A stretch of DNA of 64,000 nucleotides from Clostridia bacterium (GCA_045533905.1 JAZSIR010000003.1:64001-128000); one strand, 5' to 3'. Positions 8,687-19,590 are shown, numbered from the stretch's first letter. Program-made: numbers and translations. Notes: generated from the sequence alone by a model not told the origin.

Positions 8687-11600
8687 GTGGCAAAAAGAAA
8701 AGACATTAAAAAAATCCTGATTATCGGCTCCGGGCCGATTGTTATCGGCCAGGCGGCGGAATTTGACTATGCCGGCACGCAGGCCTGCCTCGCTCTTAAA
8801 GAAGAAGGGTATGAGGTTGTACTTTGTAACTCGAACCCCGCAACGATTATGACAGACACCACAATTGCGGACAAGGTGTATATGGAGCCTTTAACACTCG
8901 AATACATCGCTAAAATCCTTCGCTACGAGCGTCCCGATGCTATCGTGCCCGGCATCGGCGGACAGACGGGGTTAAACCTTGCGATGCAGCTTGAGAAAAA
9001 GGGCGTTCTGAAGGAATGTGAAGTAGAGCTTCTCGGCACCACGAGCGAGAGCATCGAGCGCGCAGAAGACCGCGAGCTTTTCAAAGAACTTTGTCAGGAA
9101 ATCGGCGAGCCTACAATTCCCTCCGAAATTACATATGATTTAGAAGAAGCACGCCGCGCCGCAAGCGAAATCGGCTACCCCGTAGTGCTGCGCCCTGCGT
9201 TTACTTTGGGCGGCACAGGCGGCGGCTTTGCCAATAACGAAGAAGAGCTTATCGAAATCGGCACAAACGCCTTTAAGCTTTCGCCCGTACATCAGGTTCT
9301 TATCGAAAAGAGCGTGCGCGGCTATAAGGAAATCGAGTTTGAAGTTATGCGCGACGCGGAAGATACAGCCATCACCATCTGCGGTATGGAAAACGTAGAC
9401 CCCGTTGGCGTACATACGGGCGACTCGGTGGTTGTAGCCCCGATTATGACGCTTTCCGAAAAAGACGAAACAATGCTTCGCGAAAGTGCCATTAAAATTA
9501 TCCGCGCCCTCAAAATTGAAGGCGGCTGTAACGTACAGTTTGCCCTGCACCCGACGACGAGCGAATACTACCTCATCGAGGTAAACCCGCGCGTTTCGCG
9601 CTCTTCGGCACTTGCTTCGAAGGCAAGCGGCTACCCGATTGCGCGTGTTACGGCAAAAATCGCCGTGGGCATGACGCTTTCGGAAATCCAGATTGCAAAC
9701 ACCACAGCGGCAAAGGAGCCGCGGCTTGACTATGTTATCGCAAAGCTTCCGCGCTTCCCGTTTGATAAATTTGCCTCCGCCCCCAACACCCTCGGCACGC
9801 AGATGAAGGCCACGGGTGAGGTTATGGGCATCGGCACAAATCTCGAAGAATGTCTCTTAAAATCCGTTCGCTCCCTTGAAATAGGCGCATATCACTTCCA
9901 CCTGCCGAAGTTTGACAGTATGAATCGCGAGGAACTTCTCGAATACATTACGGAATTTAAGGACGATACGATTTTTGCCGTTGCGGCTCTTATGCGCCTC
10001 GGCACAGACGTTGCCACACTGCACGATATTACGAAAATCACGCCGTACTTCCTCGAAAGCATCGAGCGCATCGTGAAGATGGAAGAGGAAATTGCGAAAA
10101 ACGCGGGCGATGTGAAAACACTTCTCGCGGCAAAGAAGATGGGCTTTTCCGATAAATACATCGCAAAGCTCTGGAATATGACGGAGCTTTCGGTATTCGA
10201 GCTTCGCAAAAAGGAAAATATGTTCCCCGTTTACAAAATGGTGGATACGTTCCATACAGACGCATACATTCCGTACTTCTATTCCACCTACACGGGCGAG
10301 AATGCTTCTATCGTAACGGATAAGAAGAAAATCGTGGTGCTCGGCGCAGGCCCCATCCGCATCGGGCAGGGCGTAGAGTTTGACTATTCGACCGTACACG
10401 CCGTAACCACCATTAAAAACTCCGGCTACGAAGCTATTATCATTAACAATAACCCCGAAACGGTTTCCACCGACTATACAACGGCCGATAAGCTCTACTT
10501 TGAGCCGCTTTGCACCGAAGATGTTATGAACATTCTCGAAATGGAAAAGGCGGAAGGCGTTATTGCTTCCCTCGGCGGCCAGACGGCGATAAACCTTGCC
10601 GCACCGCTTCGCGACCGCGGCGTGCGCATCATCGGCACGGATTGCGATGCCATCGAGCGCGCCGAAAACCGCGATAGCTTCGAAAAAATCCTCGAAGAAC
10701 TGCACATTCCCCAGCCGAAGGGCAGAGCCGTCACGAAGATTGAGGACGGCGTAAAAGCTGCCGCGGAAATCGGCTACCCCGTACTCGTACGCCCGAGCTT
10801 CGTTCTCGGCGGCCGCGCCATGCAGATTGTAGGCGGCGAGGAGCAGCTTCGTCACTACCTCAAAACGGCAGTTGCCATTGATGAGGACAAGCCTGTTCTC
10901 GTTGACAAATACATTCAGGGCAAGGAAGTCGAGGTGGACGCCATTTGTGACGGACGCGACGTATTCGTCCCCGGCATCATGGAACTTGTAGAGCGCACCG
11001 GCGTTCACAGCGGTGACTCCATAAGCGTGTACCCCACGTTCAGTATTTCCGATAAAGTAAAAGGCACCATTTTAGGCTATGCCAAAAAACTCGGTCTTGG
11101 CATCGGCATTATCGGTCTTTACAATATCCAGTTTATTGTAGACGATAAGGATGATGTATATATCATCGAAGTAAACCCGCGCTCCTCACGTACCGTTCCC
11201 TTCCTCTCGAAGGCCACGGGCTACAGCCTTGCGGATATTGCCACCGAGGTAATCCTTGGCAAGAGCCTTAAAGAACAGGGCATCTTCGATTTGTACCCCG
11301 AAGAAAAGAACCGCTACTATGTAAAGGTGCCGGTATTCTCCTCGAACAAAATCCGCGGTCTTGACGCGTACCTCTCGCCGGAAATGAAGTCCACAGGCGA
11401 GGCGATTGGGTATGACGATAAGTTAAACCGCGCCCTTTATAAAGCCTTGCAGGCTTCCGGAATGCATCTGCAGAACTACGGCACCGTATTTGCCACGATT
11501 GCCGATAAGGATAAGCCGGAGGCACTGCCCCTTATCCGCCGCTTCTATAACCTTGGCTTTAACATTGAAGCGACAGAAGGCACCGCAAAGTTCCTCAAAG

Positions 11601-11860
11601 AAAACGGCATCCGCACACACGTTCTTCGCAAAATCGGCGAGGGGAGCGACGAAATTCAGGAAGCACTCCGCCAGGGTCATATCGCCTATATCATCAACAC
11701 ACGCGATATCGGCGCGATGAGCCAGGAAACGGACGGCTATTATATCCGCCGTTACGCTACGGAAAATAACATCACGATTTTCACCGCGCTCGACACTGTA
11801 CGCGTACTTCTTGACGTACTCGAAGAAACCACGCTCAGCATCTCCACGATTGATGCCTAA
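8687..11860 (+). CDS. carB: Carbamoyl-phosphate synthase large subunit
   Basis: IGSGPIVIGQAAEFDYAG, two ATP-grasp domains (IEVNPR), C-terminal MGS domain. Confidence 0.97.
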   Translation: MAKRKDIKKILIIGSGPIVIGQAAEFDYAGTQACLALKEEGYEVVLCNSNPATIMTDTTIADKVYMEPLTLEYIAKILRYERPDAIVPGIGGQTGLNLAMQLEKKGVLKECEVELLGTTSESIERAEDRELFKELCQEIGEPTIPSEITYDLEEARRAASEIGYPVVLRPAFTLGGTGGGFANNEEELIEIGTNAFKLSPVHQVLIEKSVRGYKEIEFEVMRDAEDTAITICGMENVDPVGVHTGDSVVVAPIMTLSEKDETMLRESAIKIIRALKIEGGCNVQFALHPTTSEYYLIEVNPRVSRSSALASKASGYPIARVTAKIAVGMTLSEIQIANTTAAKEPRLDYVIAKLPRFPFDKFASAPNTLGTQMKATGEVMGIGTNLEECLLKSVRSLEIGAYHFHLPKFDSMNREELLEYITEFKDDTIFAVAALMRLGTDVATLHDITKITPYFLESIERIVKMEEEIAKNAGDVKTLLAAKKMGFSDKYIAKLWNMTELSVFELRKKENMFPVYKMVDTFHTDAYIPYFYSTYTGENASIVTDKKKIVVLGAGPIRIGQGVEFDYSTVHAVTTIKNSGYEAIIINNNPETVSTDYTTADKLYFEPLCTEDVMNILEMEKAEGVIASLGGQTAINLAAPLRDRGVRIIGTDCDAIERAENRDSFEKILEELHIPQPKGRAVTKIEDGVKAAAEIGYPVLVRPSFVLGGRAMQIVGGEEQLRHYLKTAVAIDEDKPVLVDKYIQGKEVEVDAICDGRDVFVPGIMELVERTGVHSGDSISVYPTFSISDKVKGTILGYAKKLGLGIGIIGLYNIQFIVDDKDDVYIIEVNPRSSRTVPFLSKATGYSLADIATEVILGKSLKEQGIFDLYPEEKNRYYVKVPVFSSNKIRGLDAYLSPEMKSTGEAIGYDDKLNRALYKALQASGMHLQNYGTVFATIADKDKPEALPLIRRFYNLGFNIEATEGTAKFLKENGIRTHVLRKIGEGSDEIQEALRQGHIAYIINTRDIGAMSQETDGYYIRRYATENNITIFTALDTVRVLLDVLEETTLSISTIDA

Positions 11861-11870
11861 AGGAGAAACT

Positions 11871-12596
11871 ATGAAACAGGGATTTTTTGAAATCATAGAA
11901 AACAAGGCCCTTACAAAAGACGTATATCGTATGCGTCTTTTGGGGGACACCAGCGCCATCCTGCGCCCCGGTCAGTTTGTAAATATTAAGCTCGATGGCC
12001 TCTATCTCCGCCGCCCCATTTCCGTTTGTGAAGTCGACGGCGATGTCCTCACCATTCTTTACAAGGTGGTAGGCAAAGGGACAGAGGCGATGGCGGCGAT
12101 GCAGACGGGAAAGCTCGACGTACTCACGGGTCTCGGCAACGGGTATGATACGGCGCCCGCAGGCGATAGCCCCCTTCTCATCGGGGGCGGCGTAGGCGTG
12201 CCGCCGCTTTACGGCCTTTGCAAGAAACTCATTGCCGAAGGCAAAAAGCCGACGGTGATTTTAGGCTTTAACACAAAAGACGAAGTCTTCTATAAAGAGG
12301 AATTTGAAAAGCTGGGTGCCACTACGATTGTGACTACCGTAGATGGCTCTGCCGGCACGCGCGGCTTTGTAACGGATGCCCTGCCCGCAGAGTATTCGTA
12401 TTTTTACACCTGCGGTCCCGAGCCGATGCTAAAAGCCGTGTTCGCGGCTACGAAAACCGAGGGCCAGCTTAGCTTTGAAGAGCGCATGGGCTGCGGCTTT
12501 GGCGCCTGTATGGGATGCTCCTGCAAAACGATTTTCGGCAATCGCCGCATCTGTAAGGAAGGCCCCGTGCTTTTGAAGGAGGAGATTCTGTGGTAG
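11871..12596 (+). CDS. pyrK: Dihydroorotate dehydrogenase electron transfer subunit
   Basis: RRPIS, GGGVGVPP, MGCGFGACMGC..C 2Fe-2S motif. Confidence 0.95.
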   Translation: MKQGFFEIIENKALTKDVYRMRLLGDTSAILRPGQFVNIKLDGLYLRRPISVCEVDGDVLTILYKVVGKGTEAMAAMQTGKLDVLTGLGNGYDTAPAGDSPLLIGGGVGVPPLYGLCKKLIAEGKKPTVILGFNTKDEVFYKEEFEKLGATTIVTTVDGSAGTRGFVTDALPAEYSYFYTCGPEPMLKAVFAATKTEGQLSFEERMGCGFGACMGCSCKTIFGNRRICKEGPVLLKEEILW

Positions 12597-13501
12597 ATAC
12601 ACGCGTTTCCCTTTGCGGAATAGAACTCGAAAACCCCGTCATTCCCGCAAGCGGCACGTTCGGCTTCGGGTATGAATTTGCCGAAGTTTACGATATCAAT
12701 ATGCTCGGTACCTTCTCGTTTAAGGGGACAACAAAAGAACCGCGCTTTGGCAATCCCACACCAAGAATTGCAGAATGCACCGCGGGTCTTATCAACGCCG
12801 TGGGGCTTCAGAACCCCGGTGTCGATAAGGTCATTTCGGAAGAACTGCCGCGTATGAAAAAGTGCTTTCATAAAAAGGTAATGGCAAACATCAGTGGCTT
12901 TTCCGTGGAGGAATATGTACACTGCGCGGAAAAACTCGACGCGTGCGACGAGGTAGGCTGGCTGGAAGTTAACGTCAGCTGCCCGAACGTACACGGCGGC
13001 GGTATGAGCTTTGGTACCGTTCCCGAAAACGCGGCCGAGGTCACACGCGCCGTACGCGCCAAAACGAAAAAACCGCTTATCATTAAGCTTTCGCCGAATG
13101 TAACCGACATTGTCGCCATCGCACGGGCATGCGAGGCGGCCGGGGCAGACGGCATAAGCCTTATCAATACGCTACTCGGTATGCGCATAAATCTCAAAAC
13201 GGGCAAACCCGTCATCGCGAACACCATGGGCGGCTTTTCGGGTCCGGCCATTTTCCCGGTAGCTGTACGTATGGTCTATCAGGTGGCAAACGCCGTGAAA
13301 ATCCCCGTCGTCGGCATCGGCGGCGTGGAAACGGCCGAAAACGTGATTGAGATGATGATGGCAGGTGCCACGGCCGTTGAAGTCGGCGCGGCAAACCTTG
13401 TAAATCCGTACGCCTGCCGCGATATTATTTTAGACCTGCCGCGCGTTATGGAAAAATACAAAATCAATTCGCTCTCCGAAATCATCGGAAGTGCAAGATA
13501 G
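12590..13501 (+). CDS. pyrD: Dihydroorotate dehydrogenase B catalytic subunit
   Basis: [26 protein letters not shown]. Confidence 0.96.
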   Translation: MVDTRVSLCGIELENPVIPASGTFGFGYEFAEVYDINMLGTFSFKGTTKEPRFGNPTPRIAECTAGLINAVGLQNPGVDKVISEELPRMKKCFHKKVMANISGFSVEEYVHCAEKLDACDEVGWLEVNVSCPNVHGGGMSFGTVPENAAEVTRAVRAKTKKPLIIKLSPNVTDIVAIARACEAAGADGISLINTLLGMRINLKTGKPVIANTMGGFSGPAIFPVAVRMVYQVANAVKIPVVGIGGVETAENVIEMMMAGATAVEVGAANLVNPYACRDIILDLPRVMEKYKINSLSEIIGSAR

Positions 13502-13515
13502 AAAGGAAGAAGAAA

Positions 13516-14214
13516 ATGGGAAAAGATGTAATTATTGCCTGCGATTTTGACTCTGCAGAAAAATGCCTCGCTTTCCTCGATAAGTTTGAGGGGAAGAAGC
13601 CGTTTGTAAAAATCGGTATGGAGCTCTTTTACGGCGCAGGCCCCGACATTGTGCGCCAGATTAAAGAACGCGGCCATAAAATTTTTCTCGATTTAAAGCT
13701 TTGCGATATTCCGAACACGGTGAAAAAGTCGATGGCGGTGCTTTCGAAGCTCGATGTGGATATGACAAATCTCCACGCTTTCGGCACGATTCCGATGATG
13801 GAAGCGGCGATTGAAGGGCTTACGCGTCCCGACGGCACACGCCCCATTCTCATTGCCGTAACCCAGCTTACAAGCACGGATGAAGCGCATATGAAGAGCG
13901 ACCTTCTCATAAACGAACCGATTGACCGCGTGGTTATGCACTATGCAGAAAATGCAAAACGCGCAGGGCTTGACGGCGTAGTTTGCTCGCCGCTTGAGGC
14001 AGGCAAGGTGCACGAAGCTTGCGGCGAGAAGTTTTTAACCGTTACCCCCGGCGTTCGCTTTGCGGACGGCGATGTGGGCGACCAAAAGCGCATCACCACG
14101 CCCGAAGGCGCGAAGGCGCTCGGCTCTGACTACATCGTAGTCGGCCGCCCGATTACCGCGGCAGAAGACCCCGTTGCGGCATACGAAAGATGCATGAAAG
14201 AATTTGTAGGATAA
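13516..14214 (+). CDS. pyrF: Orotidine 5'-phosphate decarboxylase
   Basis: [26 protein letters not shown]. Confidence 0.96.
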   Translation: MGKDVIIACDFDSAEKCLAFLDKFEGKKPFVKIGMELFYGAGPDIVRQIKERGHKIFLDLKLCDIPNTVKKSMAVLSKLDVDMTNLHAFGTIPMMEAAIEGLTRPDGTRPILIAVTQLTSTDEAHMKSDLLINEPIDRVVMHYAENAKRAGLDGVVCSPLEAGKVHEACGEKFLTVTPGVRFADGDVGDQKRITTPEGAKALGSDYIVVGRPITAAEDPVAAYERCMKEFVG

Positions 14215-14232
14215 AAAAGGGGAGGAACGAAA

Positions 14233-14874
14233 ATGCAAAAGCAGATAGCAAAGGATTTACTTTCAATCAAGGCCGTATTCTTTAGACCGGACGAGCCCTT
14301 CACATGGGCAAGCGGCATTAAAAGCCCCGTTTACTGCGATAATCGCCTCACGCTCACAGCACCCGAGGTACGCTCGCACATCGAAAACGGTCTTGCAAGC
14401 CTTATAAAAGAACAGTACCCCGAAGCGGAAGTACTTATGGGCACTTCCACCGCAGGCATTGCGCACGCCGCAATTACCGCGCACATTTTAGATATGCCGA
14501 TGGGCTATGTCCGCTCCGGCAAAAAGGACCACGGCAGACAGAACCAGATTGAAGGCCGCCTTGAAAAGGGGCAGAAGGTTGTTGTTGTGGAAGACCTTAT
14601 TTCCACCGGCGGCAGCGTTATCGAGGTTGTAGATGTACTGCGCGAGGCAGGCGCCGAGGTTTTGGGCGTTGTCAGCATCTTTACCTACGGTATGAAAAAA
14701 GGCCTTGTACGCCTCGAAGAAGCAAATGTAAAGAACATTTCGCTCACGAACTTTGATGTTATCGCCGAGATTGCCGCGGAAGAAGGCTATATTCGTCCCG
14801 AGGACGTAGCACGCCTTATCGCATTCCGTAATAACCCCTCGGATGAATCCTGGATACAGGGGGCGGCGAAATGA
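14233..14874 (+). CDS. pyrE: Orotate phosphoribosyltransferase
   Basis: WASGIKSPVYCDNR, VVEDLISTGGS. Confidence 0.96.
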   Translation: MQKQIAKDLLSIKAVFFRPDEPFTWASGIKSPVYCDNRLTLTAPEVRSHIENGLASLIKEQYPEAEVLMGTSTAGIAHAAITAHILDMPMGYVRSGKKDHGRQNQIEGRLEKGQKVVVVEDLISTGGSVIEVVDVLREAGAEVLGVVSIFTYGMKKGLVRLEEANVKNISLTNFDVIAEIAAEEGYIRPEDVARLIAFRNNPSDESWIQGAAK

Positions 14875-15959
14875 AACGGAGTGTAATCGATATTCTGGAT
14901 TTATCCGTAGCGGAGGTGGACGCGCTTCTCGATACCGCCGAAGATATTATGGATAACCCGAAGAAGTACGCAGAAAAGTGCCACGGCAAAAAGCTTGCCA
15001 CGCTCTTTTTTGAGCCCTCTACCCGTACGCGATTAAGCTTTGAAGCGGCGATGTACGAGCTTGGCGGCAATGTGCTCGGCTTTTCTGAGGCGAGCAGTTC
15101 TTCTGCCTCCAAAGGGGAGAGCATGGCAGATACCGCTAAAGTTTTAAGCTGCTATGCCGATATTATGGCCATTCGCCACCCGAAGGCAGGTGCCCCGTTT
15201 GTAGCGGCACAGAATGCTTCCGTACCTGTCATCAACGCGGGCGACGGCGGCCATTGCCATCCCACCCAGACCCTTGCGGACCTTTTAACGATTCGCAGAA
15301 AGAAGGGAACCTTAGAAAATCTCACCGTCGGCTTTTGCGGCGACCTCAAATACGGCAGAACCGTACACTCTCTCATCGCCGCGCTCTCGAGATATCCGGG
15401 CACAAAATTTGTGCTGATTTCGCCCGAGGAGCTGGCTGTTCCGAGCTATGTAAAACGCGAGATTCTCGATGCGAAAAATATTGAGTATCGCCAGGCTACA
15501 AGCCTTGAAGCCGTGCTTCCGGACCTCGATATTCTCTATATGACGCGTATTCAAAGAGAACGCTTTGAAAACCCCGAGGAATATGAACGCCTGAAAGATA
15601 GTTATATCTTAACGGCCGACAAGCTTTCCCACGCGAGAGAGGCACTTATCGTAATGCATCCCCTGCCACGCGTGAATGAAATCAGCGTTTCGGTGGATGA
15701 CGACCCGCGCGCCTCGTATTTCCTGCAGGTACTCTGCGGCAAGTATATGCGCATGGCGCTCATTCTGAAGCTTCTTGAAAGCGCTGCGCACGATGTCGCA
15801 CCTTTTTCTGAGGATGTGGTTATCGATAGACTCGAGTGCAAAAATCCCGCTTGCATCACTTCCTGCGAGCAGGAGCTGCCGCACACCTTCCGCCTTGTCA
15901 ATGCAGAAAAGAAGATTTATCGCTGTGTGTACTGCGAAGAAAAAGTTACCGATAACTAA
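14871..15959 (+). CDS. pyrB: Aspartate carbamoyltransferase with fused C-terminal PyrI-like zinc domain
   Basis: FFEPSTRTRLSF, HPTQTL, HPLPR; C-terminal CKNPACIT...YRCVYCE. Confidence 0.93.
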   Translation: MKRSVIDILDLSVAEVDALLDTAEDIMDNPKKYAEKCHGKKLATLFFEPSTRTRLSFEAAMYELGGNVLGFSEASSSSASKGESMADTAKVLSCYADIMAIRHPKAGAPFVAAQNASVPVINAGDGGHCHPTQTLADLLTIRRKKGTLENLTVGFCGDLKYGRTVHSLIAALSRYPGTKFVLISPEELAVPSYVKREILDAKNIEYRQATSLEAVLPDLDILYMTRIQRERFENPEEYERLKDSYILTADKLSHAREALIVMHPLPRVNEISVSVDDDPRASYFLQVLCGKYMRMALILKLLESAAHDVAPFSEDVVIDRLECKNPACITSCEQELPHTFRLVNAEKKIYRCVYCEEKVTDN

Positions 15960-15966
15960 GAAATAC

Positions 15967-16006
15967 AAAAAGAGAGAGCAAGGAAAAATCCTTGCTCTCT
16001 CTTTTT
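15967..16006. terminator. Bidirectional intrinsic terminator
   Basis: AAAAAGAGAGAGCAAGGA-AAAA-TCCTTGCTCTCTCTTTTT between convergent genes. Confidence 0.85.
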
Positions 16007-17021
16007 ATTGTAATACAAGGGAAGCCTCCAGCACCGCCTTGCAATAGCTGCATTTTGTGCAGTCCTTGTCGCAGGCGGTGGTCTTTTCCCAGAAGTCAGC
16101 GGGGATTTTGGAACTGTCAATTACATAAGGCGCGAAGGCGGGGCCAAAGCCCGGCTCAAAAAGGTCTAAGAGATTTCCGAAATACCGGCCCTTTGCATAG
16201 GCATCTATGACCATACCGGGCAGATGATGTGCGCGCGTGGCAAGCTTTACGGTGTCGGCAAGCCCTTCATAGTGGGCGATATCCTCAGGCCGGATCCAGG
16301 TATTTTGCAAAACGGAAACAAAGTTTTCTTTGTTTTTCAGGTGGTTCCAGCACATATACGGCATAAAGTCTATGTTTTTCCGTGCCGCAATTTCGGCCTC
16401 GTGCGCCACCATATTGTCGTGAAAAATCTGGCCGCTGCAATCCCGCATACAGCCGCTGTTGGCTAAAATCGTGATTTTCTTGCCGTTTTCCTCCGCCCAC
16501 TTTTTAAGGGCGCCGAGGCGTGCGAGGTCGCGGTTACATTCTTTTGCGACACAGAAGCTGTCAAAAAGGTGCGATACATACTGCATACCCTTCACGGAGG
16601 ATATTTTCATATTCACGGAGGCCTTCCGATCTACTTCGGGGTATTCCTCTTTGACAATGTGCGCAATGGCAGGGGAGGTGGTGGTCACTACATCCGGCAT
16701 AAGCCCTGCTTCTCCGAGGTGGTCAATGACAGAGCACACGCGTCCCCGAAGCACTTCGCTTATCGCTTCGGCACCGTAGCAGTTTGCATTGAAAAGTAAA
16801 TCGGTTCGGATGCCCATCGCCTTGATTTCGGAAAGCTCGTCGAGCACCTTCCCGGAAAGGCCGTACTCAAAATAGCCGTCATACCCGCCGAGGGCAGAGC
16901 GCCCGCTGGGCGTACCCACAAAGGCATAGTATACCGATTCGATTCGGTCTTTATACCGCTTTACAATGGAGGGAAAGGGCATTTCTTCATTATGCTGGTA
17001 CCCTACCGAAAGCTTTACCAT
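16005..17021 (-). CDS. U32 peptidase-like Fe-S protein
   Basis: DLLFNANC, ASVN, ECNRDL, LANSGCMRDC, WIRPED, KLATR; C-terminal CxxxCxxCxxC. Confidence 0.65.
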   Translation of the reverse strand: MVKLSVGYQHNEEMPFPSIVKRYKDRIESVYYAFVGTPSGRSALGGYDGYFEYGLSGKVLDELSEIKAMGIRTDLLFNANCYGAEAISEVLRGRVCSVIDHLGEAGLMPDVVTTTSPAIAHIVKEEYPEVDRKASVNMKISSVKGMQYVSHLFDSFCVAKECNRDLARLGALKKWAEENGKKITILANSGCMRDCSGQIFHDNMVAHEAEIAARKNIDFMPYMCWNHLKNKENFVSVLQNTWIRPEDIAHYEGLADTVKLATRAHHLPGMVIDAYAKGRYFGNLLDLFEPGFGPAFAPYVIDSSKIPADFWEKTTACDKDCTKCSYCKAVLEASLVLQ

Positions 17022-17022
17022 A

Positions 17023-18090
17023 TCAGTCTGCCTCCAGGTCGTGCTTTTTGGAAAGCGCGTTTGCATCTTCTGTGTGTGCGGCAATCTTCGACATCGCCCC
17101 AAGACCGCTTACGGCGGTGTTGCCGCCTTCTATGGCTTCATAGTCCGACCAGTCCACGCTCCAGAGCGGTTTTCTGCGGAAGGGCTTTTGGAATTTGTTT
17201 TTGAGAACATCTCTTTTTTCCAGTGAGACCATACACGCTCTCGTGCAGCCTTTTGCACCGCATACAGCCTGCCCTGTGTTATAGAGGTTTGCAGGCTTAT
17301 AGTAGAAAGGAGAATGGGAAGCAGGCTTTACATCGTCGCGCCCTTCTTGATACGTGCCTTTTTCGCCATCCTCACAAAGCTCGCCGCCGCGGAAGGCAAT
17401 GTCGCACGCGTCGCAGTCCAGCTCGCCCCACTCTACCTCGTGGCCGGCAAGGGTAACCTTTACGGTCTTGGTGCCGCTGATGGCGCCGCCGGGGCACTCC
17501 CGCACACACGCTTTGCACTTATTGCAAAGCTGGGGGCCGTTATAGATGGGGTCGGCCTCAAGCTCGAGCTCCGTTAAAATTACGCCCACGCGTACGCGCG
17601 GCCCGAATTCGGGCGTTATGAGCATTTTGCTGTAGCCGATTTCGCCGAGGCCCGCGAGATACGCGCAGATGCGAAGATGCAGCATAATGTCCGGCTGCGG
17701 TTTCCCGGGCTCTACAGGCTTCGAATAATGCTTTCGGATATTGCCTTCATTGTCAATGCCGCGCCAGTCGCTCTGGTGTCCCAAAGGAATGGCTTCATAG
17801 CCTTCATCCTCAATGAAGCGGCACATATTGATTACCGTCATCGGAATATAGGTATAGGTGAGGCCGCCGTAGCCCATAGCGGAATAGTTGGAGAAGAAGG
17901 TGCCTTCCTCAATGCCGCGAAGCGAGCCGCGCATCACACGAAAGCCCATAACAATCATACTTTTTGCCTCGGGCATAATAAAGCGCGGGTCCATATGCGG
18001 CGGGCACCCTTCAAATCTGTCAAGCGTTGTGATCCCGCAGATATCGGCACCACACTGATAGGCCAGTTGTTTAATCTCTTTTGCGTTCAT
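17023..18090 (-). CDS. Epoxyqueuosine reductase / reductive dehalogenase-like 4Fe-4S protein
   Basis: GADICGI, AGLGEIG..ITPEFGPRVR, CNKCKACVRECP and a second Cys cluster. Confidence 0.7.
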   Translation of the reverse strand: MNAKEIKQLAYQCGADICGITTLDRFEGCPPHMDPRFIMPEAKSMIVMGFRVMRGSLRGIEEGTFFSNYSAMGYGGLTYTYIPMTVINMCRFIEDEGYEAIPLGHQSDWRGIDNEGNIRKHYSKPVEPGKPQPDIMLHLRICAYLAGLGEIGYSKMLITPEFGPRVRVGVILTELELEADPIYNGPQLCNKCKACVRECPGGAISGTKTVKVTLAGHEVEWGELDCDACDIAFRGGELCEDGEKGTYQEGRDDVKPASHSPFYYKPANLYNTGQAVCGAKGCTRACMVSLEKRDVLKNKFQKPFRRKPLWSVDWSDYEAIEGGNTAVSGLGAMSKIAAHTEDANALSKKHDLEAD

Positions 18091-18099
18091 TTTTACACC

Positions 18100-19590
18100 T
18101 CATTTAATTTCTATAAGATAGACCGCGTTTGCAGTCAGCTTCAGCTTTATACTTCGGGATGCGGGAGACGAAGCGATGGGGCGAAGGGTTCCTTCCCCGC
18201 GTAAAAGGCGGATTTCCTCTTCCGAAAGTGCGGGGGAGAGCCCCATTCTTTCGTATAGGCGGAAGGGATTTGTATTTTCGCGGTCGATGCAATATACGAT
18301 TGCCGTTTTGCCCTCGATATTACCATCAAAGACGAGCTCTTCCCAAACCTCCGGCAAATCCTCTTCGAATTTTTCGGCGCAGTAGGTAAGAAGGACGGCA
18401 TAGTCGCCGTTTTCGTTTTTGGTGGGGATGACAAAAACATTTTTGTTTTCGCACTGCGCTGCAAGAAGGCCCCGGTGCAGCTTTGCTCCTAAAACGTGCG
18501 CATTATAAATGGGTTTTGCGAAGAAGTTTAGGGTAAAGAAGTTCCGAAAGCCCGAAAAATCCGTCACCATTTCGTGCTGGCCGGAAAGGCAAAGCATCAA
18601 TTTTGAAATATGCCAGCCCTTTTCGATAATGGTAGCAACAAGCTTTACAAAATAGGCAGAAAACACTTCCGTTTCTCTTGCAATGAAGTAGGGGCATTCC
18701 TCAATATTATAAAAACCCTGCCCGGACATACCCCACTCGTCAATGATCATTTCCGTATTGTCAAAGCCGCATTTTTGGATAACGGCCAGCGTTTCCTCGT
18801 GCACGTGGACCCAGTTGCCAACGTTGAAGCCGCAGTATTCATTACAAAGCCGCCATACACCGGTGCCGCCGTAATTGTGGTAGGAAATAAAGTCGAGCGG
18901 GAGCCGGTTTTCTTTGACGTACCCCAGAAAATCCTCTAAAAACGGGAGCCTGTGCGCAAGTGCGGGGCCGCCGATGCGAAGCCGCTTTGACACGCTTTTT
19001 ACACCTTTGGCAAAGGCACGGTACAGCTTGCAGTATTCCTGCGCGCGGATTTTCAAGCCCGCCTCGTCATCCGGCAGATCGGAAAGGAAGAAAAAGCGGA
19101 TATCCGGCTCATTGAAGCACTGGAGATGCCAGCCGGAAACCGTTTCGATGCCGTACCGTTCCACAAGATGGGCGGTGTACGTGTGGCATATTTCTTCCCA
19201 AAGCGCATAGTCCAAAGGGGCAGAGGTATTGATAAGCTTTCCTTTATACCGCGTTTTGTTTTTACTTACGGAGGAGGTGGCATTTTTGTTGGTCGCAATG
19301 CACTCGGGCATCATCCCGTAGGCAATGAGAAGGTCATATCCCTTTTCGATAAGGTAGTCCAAGCGAAGGTCGCTGAGCCTGAAATCATAGGCAAGCGTCC
19401 CATCCCCGTCAAGATAGACGATATCCTCCAGCATCGCATAAATTCTGACAGTTTGTATAGCCCCATCCTTCGCCATCCGGTCGAGAATCCGCCTGCCCCA
19501 CGCATCTTCCACGGCGTCCGTCGGATGGAAAAGACAATTATTCCAGAAATTTTTCCGGTCTCGTATTTTTTCGCTGCCGATGGTTATCAT
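18100..19590 (-). CDS. GH39 beta-xylosidase-like glycoside hydrolase
   Basis: HLVERYG, FNEPD, IGGPA, DFISYH, IDEW. Confidence 0.85.
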   Translation of the reverse strand: MITIGSEKIRDRKNFWNNCLFHPTDAVEDAWGRRILDRMAKDGAIQTVRIYAMLEDIVYLDGDGTLAYDFRLSDLRLDYLIEKGYDLLIAYGMMPECIATNKNATSSVSKNKTRYKGKLINTSAPLDYALWEEICHTYTAHLVERYGIETVSGWHLQCFNEPDIRFFFLSDLPDDEAGLKIRAQEYCKLYRAFAKGVKSVSKRLRIGGPALAHRLPFLEDFLGYVKENRLPLDFISYHNYGGTGVWRLCNEYCGFNVGNWVHVHEETLAVIQKCGFDNTEMIIDEWGMSGQGFYNIEECPYFIARETEVFSAYFVKLVATIIEKGWHISKLMLCLSGQHEMVTDFSGFRNFFTLNFFAKPIYNAHVLGAKLHRGLLAAQCENKNVFVIPTKNENGDYAVLLTYCAEKFEEDLPEVWEELVFDGNIEGKTAIVYCIDRENTNPFRLYERMGLSPALSEEEIRLLRGEGTLRPIASSPASRSIKLKLTANAVYLIEIK

